From the NCBI RefSeq assembly GCF_009914755.1, contig NC_060925.1: 64,000 nt of DNA; one strand, written 5' to 3'. Positions 23,300-41,545 of the stretch are shown here, in pieces. This DNA comes from the human T2T-CHM13v2.0 reference genome, Homo sapiens. A model generated the notes under the pieces. It saw nothing but the letters and a program-made list of their open reading frames with translations, was not told where the DNA came from and ran no database searches. Position 1 is the stretch's first letter. The number at the start of each line of letters is the position of its first letter. Made by a program: the position numbers and the translations under genes.

Positions 23300-26073
23300 G
23301 CTTCGTGGTGTGATTGGAGCAGGGCTTGTCATTTTCTTCAAGGTCACTTTTCAGGGATTGTCCAAGTTTGGTTTGGCCTCCTAGGTCTCAGCGGCTGCAG
23401 GCTTCATGAGGCTGTGGTGAATCTAGGCTGGGATTCCTTCTACATTGACAGCTGTGGGAGTGGTCAGGTTAATTGTCTGGGGTCCTTTCCACTGTGGCCA
23501 CAGCGGAGCCACGTTCCAGTCCTTGATCCACACAATGTCACCTGGAGAAAAAGGGTGAACTGGGGAGAATCAGCTGCCTGGGCACCTCTCATTTACTCAA
23601 GTTGAGATAGTCTGAGTAATTTTCCCTAAGGCCTGTAGCTGCCGCTGTAATGCAATCTCACCTAACTCTTGGGGAGTACCTGGAAGCCCTCCCAGTATGG
23701 GAGGAGGCCTATGATACAGAATTTCAAAGGGGGAGTATGCTGTTCTCTTAGAAGGGGTACACTTAATTTTAAACAATACTATAGGAAGGACTTGTGTCTA
23801 TTTTAAATTTGTTTCTTGACATACTTTCCAGAAACTTTTTCTGATAGTTCGATTCATTTGCTGCACTTTCCGGAACTCTAAGGTTGGTAAACGGCATGTA
23901 ACTTCTATGAAATTCTTAATACCTTTGCCGTCTTCTGTATCAAGTCAGCAACAAATGCTGGCCTATTATTTGAGCCAATTCGTAGAGGCAGTCCAAACCT
24001 AGGGATGAAATTTTGAAGAAGTACACAGGTTACTTCAGGAGCTTTTTCAGTTCATGTTGGATAAGCCTCCACCTACTTAGAGTAAGTAAACACTAGAACC
24101 AGTAAATACTTGTTACTTCTACATTTAGGCATTTCTGTGAAGTCCACTTGAAGATCTTCAAAATGAGCTGCTCCAGAGGCTTCTATTCCCCGAGGTACAG
24201 AGGGGCCTTGCTTCGCATTGTGCTGTCCACAGGTAAGGCATCACTGCGCTACTGTTGTAGCAACAGCTGGCAAGGGTGAGATGTAGAAATACTGGCCTAA
24301 CAGCTTTTCAAGTGATTCTTGGCCTCAATGGGTAGTTTCACATACAGTCAGCATGACTGTATAGCAGCGGTGGCACTGCTATTCTTCCATCTGGTAACTT
24401 TATGTATCTTTCCTTTATTGTTTGTCCTCTCTCTGTCTGAAAAAATTCTTTTTCCTCTTTAGAATAAGTTGGCACCAGATCAAGCATTTGAAGGAGTAGC
24501 AGGGCTGTGACTGATGTCTGGTAAGGAGTAGATGCTGCTTTTCCTGCCTCTGTGTCTGCTCAGGGCTTTCCTTGGCAAACCGAAGCGGAAACTCGCTGAT
24601 ATCCCCTGCAATGCATGAATGCCACCTTTTGGGGTTTCTACACTGCTTCTAATCATTGTAGAATTTCTTGCTGACATTTTATGTCTTTTCCTCTAGAATT
24701 TTTTCCTTATACAATGCTTCACATACTTGAAGGGTTAGAAAGGCATATCAAGAATCAGTATAGATGTTTACAATCTTAGGTTCACTGAGTTCCAGAGCCC
24801 GAGTTAGAGGAATGAGTTCTGCTTTTTGGGCTGAAGTGCTCTGAGGCAATGGCTTAGCTTCAACAACATCATCTAAGTTTACTACTGCATATCCTGCACA
24901 CCTTTCTCTTTGCGGGTTGATGAAGCTGCTTCTGTCCATGTAGAACTCCTAATCTACCAATGCCTATGGCTGGTCTCAAAGATCTGGTCTGCTAGAATAG
25001 ACATAGTCCAACACCTCTACACAGTTATGTTTAACAGGGCTGTCTGATACTGGGAGCAAAGTGGCAGGATTTAAAGAATTACAGACTTCTATGGTTATAC
25101 ATTGATTTTCACATAACAAGCTTTGGTGTTTAGTTAATGTAGCATTTGTTAGCCAATGGTGTCTTTTGGTGTTCCTTAGAGTTACATTAGAGTCAGCTTG
25201 GGCTGACATAAGTTTTTCTTTTAACTTATAAGTCTTGTTGTTGTAGAGACCTCTATTTAAAAGGCTCTCGGTCACCCCCTTTATAACTCCATTCAATGCT
25301 TTGGCTAACACCACAAAGTTTGGAATCTGCAGTCTGCAAAAATCTCACAGCTCCTAAATGTTCTCTTATTTGCCTCCTGGTTTTAGGTTCTGGTAAGCTG
25401 CAGATGACCTGCTTTCTTGCTGACCATAGACTGCACTCCCCTTTTCAAATAGTGAATCCTAGGTAGTGTACCTGCTGTCTGCAGATCTGAGCTTTCTTTT
25501 TGGGCACTTTATATCCACAGTCCTCCAGGTGTCGAAGCAGGGCACCCGTCCTTTTTGCACACCTGACTGCCATGGAGTGTCCTAGCAGAAGGTCATCTAC
25601 ATACTGGAGCAGGATGCAACCTAGGTCTTTAGCAGGAAACATTTGGAGGTCTCCAACCGAGGCCTCCCCAAAGATGGTGGGGGACTTTTTGAACCTTTGG
25701 GAAAGTCGAGTCTAAGTGTACTGAATGGTGACATCTGACTCCGGATCTTCCTACTGAAAGGCAAACAGCTTTTGGCTCTCAGGAACTAGCCTGATGTGAA
25801 GAAGGCATCTTTCAAGTCCTGTACGGGTCGATAGTCTTTGGTCCTTGGTTTAGGGACAGGTAGGAGGTGGGTGTTCCATGGAGACTGGCAAGGAACTAGA
25901 ATTCCAGAGGCTTTTAAGCATATAAGATGAGTCTCTATTCCTTTAAAGGCTTCCCTGGGAACAGGATACGGCTTTTGTCCAATTGGCTAGGTCGTAGGCT
26001 AAACTTCTATGAGTACGGGGGCTTGATTGATTGCCAGCCTCAGAGGATTGTCCTCCATCTCTACTCAGAGCCG
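23300..26073 (-). pseudogene. pol: HERV-E pol (RT, RNase H, integrase), disrupted
   Basis: LLQYVDDLLL (ORF 25445-25642); SAQKAELIPLTRALEL..VNIYTDS (RNase H, 24748-24939); LQVDFTEMP..YLLVLV (integrase, about 24080-24160). Confidence 0.9.
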
Positions 26074-26550
26074 TCACTCAGCTGGAGCCACTTTTATTTC
26101 CTGAGCTGGCTCAGTTAGCAAAAGTCTCCACTCTTCTTCCTGGGGGACTGGAAGGGCCATGATGACTCCTATTTCTGGCAACTCCAGCTGTAAAGTGCCT
26201 TGTTTTGTCAAGGAAATGGTGGCTCTTAACTTGCTAAGCAAGTCTCTTCTCAACAAAGGCAAGGGACAGTCAGACATATACAGAAATGGATAAATCACTT
26301 TGTGTCCTCCCACTGAGCAGTTGCGCGGTAGACAGAAGTCCTGCTTGGTAGAGACTCCTGTTGCTCTAATTCTATCAATGGTCTTTATAGATGAGGGGGC
26401 CACTGGAGTGCTTACTACTGAGTGTTCGGCTCTTGTATCCACTAAAAACTTAATGTCTTTGCCCCTTATTGTCATCCTGACCATGGGCTCCTTGGGGGCA
26501 TTTGAGCCTGTTCCCCTTAATTCTAGCAGCCCCTCAGCTAGATTGAACAA
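26074..26550 (-). pseudogene. pro: Retroviral aspartic protease region
   Basis: FLVDTRAEHSV (DTG changed to DTR) and CPLPLLRRDLLSKL motifs. Confidence 0.85.
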
Positions 26551-26559
26551 AATCCTTTC

Positions 26560-27875
26560 ATCTTGGTTTGAGGTCTTTGGCTCTGCATCACTCTGATTTT
26601 CTTTGAGTTGGGGACATTTATCTTTCTAATGTCCTATTTCTTTACAGTAGGCACATTAGTCATGCTGCAAATGTGAGTGATTGGACAGGGCATTCCTCCC
26701 AGAACCCCCTTTTTTCTGCCTTTTCAGGAGAATTCCTCTAATTGTCACAGCCAGCAAACTAGCGTTTCACCTGGCCTGGCGTTCGCCCTCCTTACGGCTT
26801 TCTTGGCCGCTTGTTGCATCTCTATTTACAAATACTTCATTAGCTCTTTCCAGTAACTGCAAGGTTTTCATTCCTGCAAACCTAGCCTGTTTTTGCAATT
26901 TTCTCTGGATATCTTCTGCACTCTGAATAACTAAGGCCGTATTAATCAACAGCTGATTTTCAGGACTCTCCAGATCGAAAGGAGTGTACATGCAATAGGC
27001 CTCACACGGTCTTTGATAGAACTGGGCTGGGCTTTCCTCCTTTCCTTGGATGACTTCAGAAACTTTATTTACATTGGTACCCTTTTGAGCCCCTTTTTTC
27101 AACCTTTCAATTAATGCCTCTCGGTACCCTCTTAGCCTTTCCATATCTGGTCCTTCATTTGGATCCTATTGAGGGTCCGTTCCTGGCAGCTGAATTCTTA
27201 TGTATTCTTGGGGACTTTGATAATTGGCTGGGATGTGCTCCTCCAGCCATTTAACTGTTGCCTGCAGCACCTGTTGCCTTTTATGTGTTTTAAAGAGGTA
27301 CATGAGTAGCTGGTGGCAATCAGCCTAAGTAGGATTCTGAGTCTGGATAATTCTTTGAAGCAAGTCAATTAGGGCTTGAGGCTTTTCAGTGTAAGATGGA
27401 GTGTTATTTTTCCAGTTGAGTAGTTCAGCAGAGGTAAAAGGGTGATACACAAAAGCATGCCTTTCTACCGTATGTCTGACCTCATCTGTCCTAGTATATC
27501 GCTGCTCTCTCAGGGCATTTGAATTCCCGTCTTGGGCCGTTAAGCGGGCTGCCAGGGAAGTGGATTTTCCCGCAGTTTCACTTTTGTTCTTGTCTACTCT
27601 GGGTGGTCTAGGGGCTGTGGGCTCAGGAGAAGGGGGCCTCCCCACTGGATAAGGGGTTGAGGGCACTGTTGGTGCCATCTCCTGCCTTGAGTCCTCGAGC
27701 TCTGGGTCAAACAGAACTTTAGGTGCTGGCTTCTCTTGGCCGGTGGAGCGAGAACTTTCCTGAAATAAATGTCCCTTTGCTACTACTACTGCTGCTGCCT
27801 GTCCTTTTACCACTGTAGAGGATCTAAAACTAGCTGTAACTAGGAATCTCTATATGGAAATTGATATGGGTGCAG
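26560..27875 (-). pseudogene. gag: HERV-E gag, 5'-deleted and disrupted
   Basis: PFTSAELLNWKNNTPSYTEKPQALIDLL and VIQGKEESPAQFYQR capsid motifs; CAYCKEIGH*KDKC zinc knuckle at about 26612-26655. Confidence 0.88.
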
Positions 27876-28196
27876 GCACACCATGAGCGATCAGGCCAAG
27901 CTTCCGCTCAGGTGGAGTGGGGCAAGTTGAAAAGACTTGTCTTACTAAGTTTCAGATGTCTGGACTCCAAGTGCCAGTTCCTTCCTGGTGTTCAGCCACT
28001 GTGTTAATCCTCCGCGGGGATCACTGCTCTGGCGAGGCGTTCAACCGGGGCCATTTCCTACCTGGGAGCGCTCTTTGGATCCCATCCCTCAGGCTGGCCA
28101 GAGTCCCTGGCAGCCTGAGGGATGCCCCGGCCTTACTCCACAAGGCATGCCTAATCTGCCTAAGGAGCTGCCTCGGCCGTCCATCAGTTATCTTGC

Positions 28197-28214
28197 TTCC
28201 AGGTCAGGGAACCA
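28197..28214 (-). promoter_or_regulatory. Primer binding site, tRNA-Glu
   Basis: Minus strand TGGTTCCCTGACCTGGAA, 17/18 complementary to the tRNA-Glu 3' end (TTCCCGGTCAGGGAACCA), 5 nt inside the 5' LTR boundary. Confidence 0.9.
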
Positions 28215-28219
28215 AGAAA

Positions 28220-28668
28220 TGTAGCAGGACAAGCGGCAGACAAAACTCTCAGACACCGAGTTGTAGAAGGAAGGGTGTTATTCACCTGGGAGCATCGGAT
28301 AGCTACTGTCTCAAAATCCGAGCTCCCCAAGTGCACAATTTCTGTCCCTTTTAAGGGCACACAGCACTAAAGATGTCACATGAAAGGGTCGTGATTGATT
28401 TGAACAAGCCAGGGATATGCGACAAGGACTACATGCACCCGTGGTCAGGGAGAAACAGAATATGGAAGGGAGTTTCACAATGTTCTTCTATACAATGTCT
28501 GGAATCTATGAATAACATCGGCTTCTAAATCATAAGTTGATTTGTAACTACTGGGTTTAGGCCAACCAGGCCCAGGCCTGGTTTTGTGCCTTTGATTTTG
28601 CTTCCTTGTTGTTTTTACTGAATAGAAAACAATATAAAACAAGAGGACAGGGTCTTTCTCTCTTCTCA
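28220..28668 (-). repeat. 5' LTR (LTR2-type), adjacent to the AMY1 promoter
   Basis: Direct repeat of 20828-21296; abuts the PBS. Confidence 0.93.
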
Positions 28669-29260
28669 ATATCAGCACTGGATTGTAGAACTTGTTGCTG
28701 ATTTTGGCCTGGCATTCAAGTTAACTCTTCCCCTTGGTATCTGTACATACCTTTGATGTCAGTGTTTAGTACACGTGGCTTGGTCACTTCATGGCTAAAA
28801 ACGTGCTTGTGGAAGACAAGTCTGGCTTGGTGAGTCTGTGTGGTCAGCAGTCTCTGATCCGTGCAGGGTATTAATGTGTCAGGGCTGAGTGTTCTGAGAT
28901 TTATCTAGAGGCTGGGAAGGGCTCCTGAACCAGTTGTTTCCGTCTTGTCGGTCTGTCAGGGTTGGAAAGTCCAAGCCATAGGACCCAGTTTCCTTTCTTA
29001 GCTTACGTTATCTACCAGAGCACCGTGGGCTGTTACTTGCCTTGAGTTGGAAGCGGTTCGCATTTATACCGGTAAATGTATTCATCCTTTTAATTTATGT
29101 AAAGTTTTTTAGTATGCAATTCTCGATCTTTTAAGAGTTGACAACAAATTTTGGTTTTCTGCTGTTATGTGAGAACATTAGGCCACAGCAACATGTCATT
29201 GTGTAAGGAAAAATAAAAGTGCTACCATATGCAAAAAAAAAAAAAAAAGAAAAGAAAAGA
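28669..29260 (+). pseudogene. Gamma-actin processed pseudogene 3'UTR with AATAAA and poly-A tail; contains the AMY1 salivary start region
   Basis: Long resemblance to the ACTG1 3'UTR (GGGTTGGAAAGTCCAAGCC..GGACCCAGTTTCCTTTCTTAGCT; GTCATTGTGTAAGGAAAAATAAAAGTGCT). AATAAA at 29212-29217; A-rich tail from 29233. Confidence 0.92.
28900..29071 (+). other. AMY1: AMY1 untranslated salivary leader exon (5' end approximate)
   Basis: Donor CCG|GTAAAT at 29071/29072 and acceptor TTCTTACAG|G at 29427/29428. That the salivary leader exon lies in the actin pseudogene is established knowledge; the start site is not determinable here. Confidence 0.65.
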
Positions 29261-29430
29261 AACATTAATGTCTAAGAGGTCATTGAGATGATTTCCATGA
29301 GAGACTTTTTGATGTTCTTCACCAGTTAGGATTATTATTGATAATCCTTTTCAGATTATGAATAAACAGTTTGCCCTCAAGTATTTATTCATGCTACTAT
29401 TTACATTGTAAAATGTGCTTCTTACAGGAA

Positions 29431-29436
29431 TATAAA
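29431..29436 (+). promoter_or_regulatory. TATAAA box of the ancestral/pancreatic-type amylase promoter
   Basis: TATAAA 37 nt before the ATG, just inside the acceptor at 29428. Confidence 0.6.
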
Positions 29437-29473
29437 TAGTTTCTGGAAAGGACACTGACAACTTCAAAGCAAA

Positions 29474-37661
<8,188 letters not shown>

Positions 37662-37669
37662 AATTTAAA

Positions 37670-37675
37670 ATTAAA
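37670..37675 (+). terminator. Polyadenylation signal ATTAAA
   Basis: Variant signal 8 nt after the stop, followed by a GT/T-rich tract near 37701. Confidence 0.7.
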
Positions 37676-37989
37676 TGCAAATCCGCAAAGCAATAGCTAA
37701 GTGTGTTTCTTTTCTTACATATACAGTAATAGTTACATATCATTAATTTTAAATAAAAGCTCTAATTAGTAAAAAGAGGTTTAAGACACTTGATAGTATG
37801 AAATACAATTCCAGGTTACACATAAGTTATTTATTTTGGCAAAAGGATGACTCAAAAATTTTAAAACTAGGCAACAATCTTTACTCATTAAGAGGTAAGA
37901 CTTAGCTTTCCAAACAGTTTGTCTCCTGTCTACTCTTTTCTCTCCTTGGCATTCTACCAACAAGGCAAACCAAATATTTCATTATTCTT

Positions 37990-40900
37990 CTCTATTACAT
38001 GAAAAATCTGTACAAGGGAAGGAAAGCCAAATTTTACCCTTACATAGGTTTCAAAAGAATCCTTTTTCCATAGGCAACATTTACATTTTTATGCCTTTTT
38101 ATAATCTTTTACCACAAACACATTTAAGTGTTCCTACACACCTTGCATGTAAATTTATTTTTAGTTGTCTTATTTACATATTTTTATGGTCAATCTTAGC
38201 AATTTTTAACTTTAATGTAAACCTGGTAAGTTGTTTTAATTATGTACTAGATGCAGATAAAGTCTGACTTTTTCCATTCTAGTTAGGGCATGGTTAATTT
38301 CATATGTCCCCAGGCCTTACCAAGTTGTAAAGTAGGCAGCCTACAACCTTGAAATATTTAGCAAGCCTTTTATCTAATTTATGTGATTTAAACCTGCTAT
38401 TTACATATTGATGATATTTGCATTTTCCAATTTGATCTTTAAAACAGTTTTTATTTCTTAGAGTTTAAAAACACATAAACTAAAAGGCATTACGGTTTTA
38501 ACTTTCCTCTAAAATATTTGATTTAAGTGCTTATTTTTATTTAAGGCAATCAATTGGTCCTCGTTACAGACATCACACACAACACATATATTGCTACACA
38601 GACAAACAGAAGAAGATCCAGTAGCTCTAAGATTTCTTCTCGTCCCATTTCCTAATTGCATTACTGGCTTCCCAGTAGAGCCCTTTAAGAACAGGGATAG
38701 CAAACCACGAAGTTTCTAGGGCCTAATCAACTTGTATAGCTGTAAGACAAAAACAGATTTTGAGCAGGATTGATCAGCCTCTAGATTCTGGGATTCCATG
38801 AGGAAAACAGAGGTTTCTCCCAAAATGGAATCCATCATGCATTTTCTGTTTTTCCCAAAACGTTTCAGGCCACCAGAAGTTATCTTGTGTGCATTAAGAG
38901 TGGAAAGACAGAGTGGAGAACAGTAATTCAGTCAATGGAAAAGTTCTTTTCAAGAAAAACACGATCCAAGAAGACAAAAACATGCAGGTCTTTTAAATAT
39001 ACCTATAACTTGAATATCCACTTTTAATCAAGCTCAGCACCCTTTCAGAAAATCCTTTGACATCTTCTGTTTCCTGACTTTAGCTAAATCAAGCAGGTAA
39101 TATTTCTGGCTTTTGAATTTTACCAAAGGTAACATCACAGGGGAAACTAAAAACTCTCCGTTAGGTTATAAGTTCACCGTTAGTATACAAGATATTTTAT
39201 AAGTGGTGGTAAGCAGTTTTTACCAGATCTAGAACCTTTAAAGTCAGTTGAGAGAAAGGAAGATTTCAGAAAGGCAGTTAGAGTTTTTCATGGCGGAGCA
39301 CGAGATGATTAAACGTCACACAGTTGTTAACTGGAAAGTATTCATCACCCAGGCTGGGATTGAACCTGGGTCACCATTGTAAAAAGGCAACGGCTGAAAA
39401 GTGGTACTACCACATGGTTACAGGTTATGCTTAAGGACATAAAACAAGTCGGAGACATGCAGCAAAGTTTGTTACTGACCAGTTTATGAGGGTGTCTTGA
39501 ACAGTGAGCTCAAGGAGTCTCAGGCCTGGATTCCATTCCAAGGTACCCTCTGTCTGACTTTTTCTTCTATTTTCTCTCCTTTTCCTGAGCCTCCTCCTAG
39601 TACGTCTTATGAAAGACTGAGGTGGCTACTCTTAGAAGGTTTTCTAAGGTGCCTTCTAGTCCTATAGCCTGTTTCTGTAGCTTCCTTCAAATATCAGGAG
39701 CTGCTTGAGTAAACCTGTCTTTCAAGATGAGCTGTCCCTCAATTGAATTACGAGATAGGGAAGCATGTTTTGCCAAAGTCTCTCTCAGCCTTTATAAAAA
39801 GGCTGAGGGATTTTCATCTGGGTTTTGATCTATCATGGATAGCTTAGAGTAGTTAACAGGTTTGGCTCTGGTCCCCTGTAAGACTTCTACCGTATACATC
39901 TGAAAGTGTTTCTATTTTTCAATCATCTATGGGCTTAGTAGGGTTCCAATTAGAGTTTTCAAGGGATACTGCCTCTTTTCCTACTGGGAATGGGGATTCT
40001 GCCTGTTTCTCACCCTCTTTCCCTTTTTGACTGGCTATAGGAAACATGCTGCTCATCTCTGATTTTTTCTGCTACCTGTAGGGCTGCCTGTCTCTCAACA
40101 GCAGTTAGGGTTTCAGAGTAACATAACATCCTTCTAGGAGAGTTTAAATACTTGGGTTATATCCTGGAAGGCCTCTATACATGAGAGAAGTTGGCACTTG
40201 CCCAGAGCGAACTTCAGGCTCTGAAGTCTAAAGAATAACTCAAGGGGAATGCAGGCTTGAAGATGGGGTGTTACCCATGCATAAAAAGAGGGGAGTAGAA
40301 GGTGTCCCTTAGTCTCCTTTCAACTTTTGAAGTGACCCAGGTTGAAGAGAAAGATTACAGGGGTGTCCCTCTTCTCTTTCCTCCCATCTCCTTTGGGTCC
40401 TGGCAACCATCATAGGTGCAGCCCATGGATGCAAGCATGAATTGCACCCATGTATCTGGAGGTGCTAGTTGGCAGGGGTAGTCATGCTTACCAGCACAAT
40501 GCCTCATCTCACTGCCCTTCTGGGTTCCTAGGCCTCCCAGGAGATTGTACAGTAGATAAAGTTGGGTGAGACACTTTAACAGAGGGAGTGTTTTAACCCT
40601 ATTCCTGCTTCCTCTAGCTATGGCCCTGGAAAAGCAGTGCATTCCCAGAAAATTTTACCCATTGCCTTTTAAACACAAAATCCCCTTTCTGATTAAATGC
40701 CAATGTTGTTGGAAGCAGAACAGGTGCCTCAAAAGAACATATGGATTTAATGGCTGTCCTCCTTCTGATGGGAACAGCACTGAGGCTAGAATTTGTCTCT
40801 CAAGGGTGGCTTCCTCCCAACTGTTGAATGCGGAGTTTTTTTCCCTACAAATGGGGCATAGAGTCTGCTTGCTGACAGAGGAACACAAAAGTGGAAGAAA

Positions 40901-41017
40901 TCTGGGTATTAGAGGTTTTTGGCAAAGGGCCAACAAGACTCTATGCAGAAAAAAATCCTATCTCATGAGGTGGTGCTGTAGGTTTTGAAAATTTAGGTAA
41001 AATCTGTGACTCTAAAT
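37990..41017 (-). mobile_element. Degenerate ERV1 (MER4-group-like) internal sequence with gag capsid-like block (about 39541-40190)
   Basis: Minus-strand frames give AKPVNYSKLSMIDQNPDENPSAFL*RLRE and TQAAPDI*RKLQK. Cut off at 41017 by the junction. Left boundary approximate. Confidence 0.65.
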
Positions 41018-41545
41018 ATTGATTAAAAATCTTAAATCAATATTTGAAAGTTCTTAAATATGGATTTGAGTTTCTTAAAGTAGTCAAACTTGTTAACTTC
41101 TGTCCCTAAGAGATCTAAATTCCTATTTTAAATGAAATTCAATTAGCTACATGTCTACAAGAAAAGGCATATATTACTCTTTTATTCAGATCACTCTCGT
41201 AAAAAAATTACCTGAGTAGCATCATTGTAGTTCTCGATATCTCCACTTCCAGTTTTACATTTACCATCATTGAAATCCCATCCAGAATATGGGACTGCTG
41301 GAAAGTCCCTACTTCCAGGGTTGAAGTAACTTCCACAGGTACTGCTTGTTCCTGCACTCACAGCGTTACCACACATATGATTAATTACAGCATCCACATA
41401 AATACGAACCTAGAAAACAAAGTTTCTACTTCAGTGTGACTTACAGAGAGGTAGAAATTTAAAGCATTATTGATGCAAGTTTATAGTATGTTAATAAAAC
41501 TCCAAAATATTTCATGATATCTTATAATTATTTTCCTACAAGATC
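41017..41545 (-). pseudogene. Orphan amylase fragment: intron 2 end, complete coding exon 3 (41212-41409), intron 3 start
   Basis: Reverse complement aligns to 30805-31328; 198-nt exon with intact AG/GT and identical peptide. Confidence 0.95.

Larger units (their letters stand above)
20828..28668 (-). mobile_element. HERV-E family provirus (amylase-associated ERV), defective, 7841 bp
   Basis: Paired LTRs with TG...CA ends, tRNA-Glu PBS, PPT, gag-pro-pol-env order on the minus strand, and a 4-bp TSD ACAT/ATAT. Confidence 0.95.

Noticed and set aside
27917-28354. 145-aa + strand ORF across the HERV leader and LTR
   Set aside because: GC-rich antisense leader, GTG start, no homology recognised.
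29276-29310. Possible pancreatic PTF1 enhancer remnant (TTTCCATGAGAG)
   Set aside because: No clear paired E-box and TC-box visible; cannot support from sequence.
40566-40988. 130-140 aa ORF recurring three times (1116-1508, 40566-40988, 57266-57688) with an overlapping antisense 93-aa ORF
   Set aside because: GTG start, lies in ERV-derived DNA, no recognisable domain; recurrence is explained by segmental duplication.
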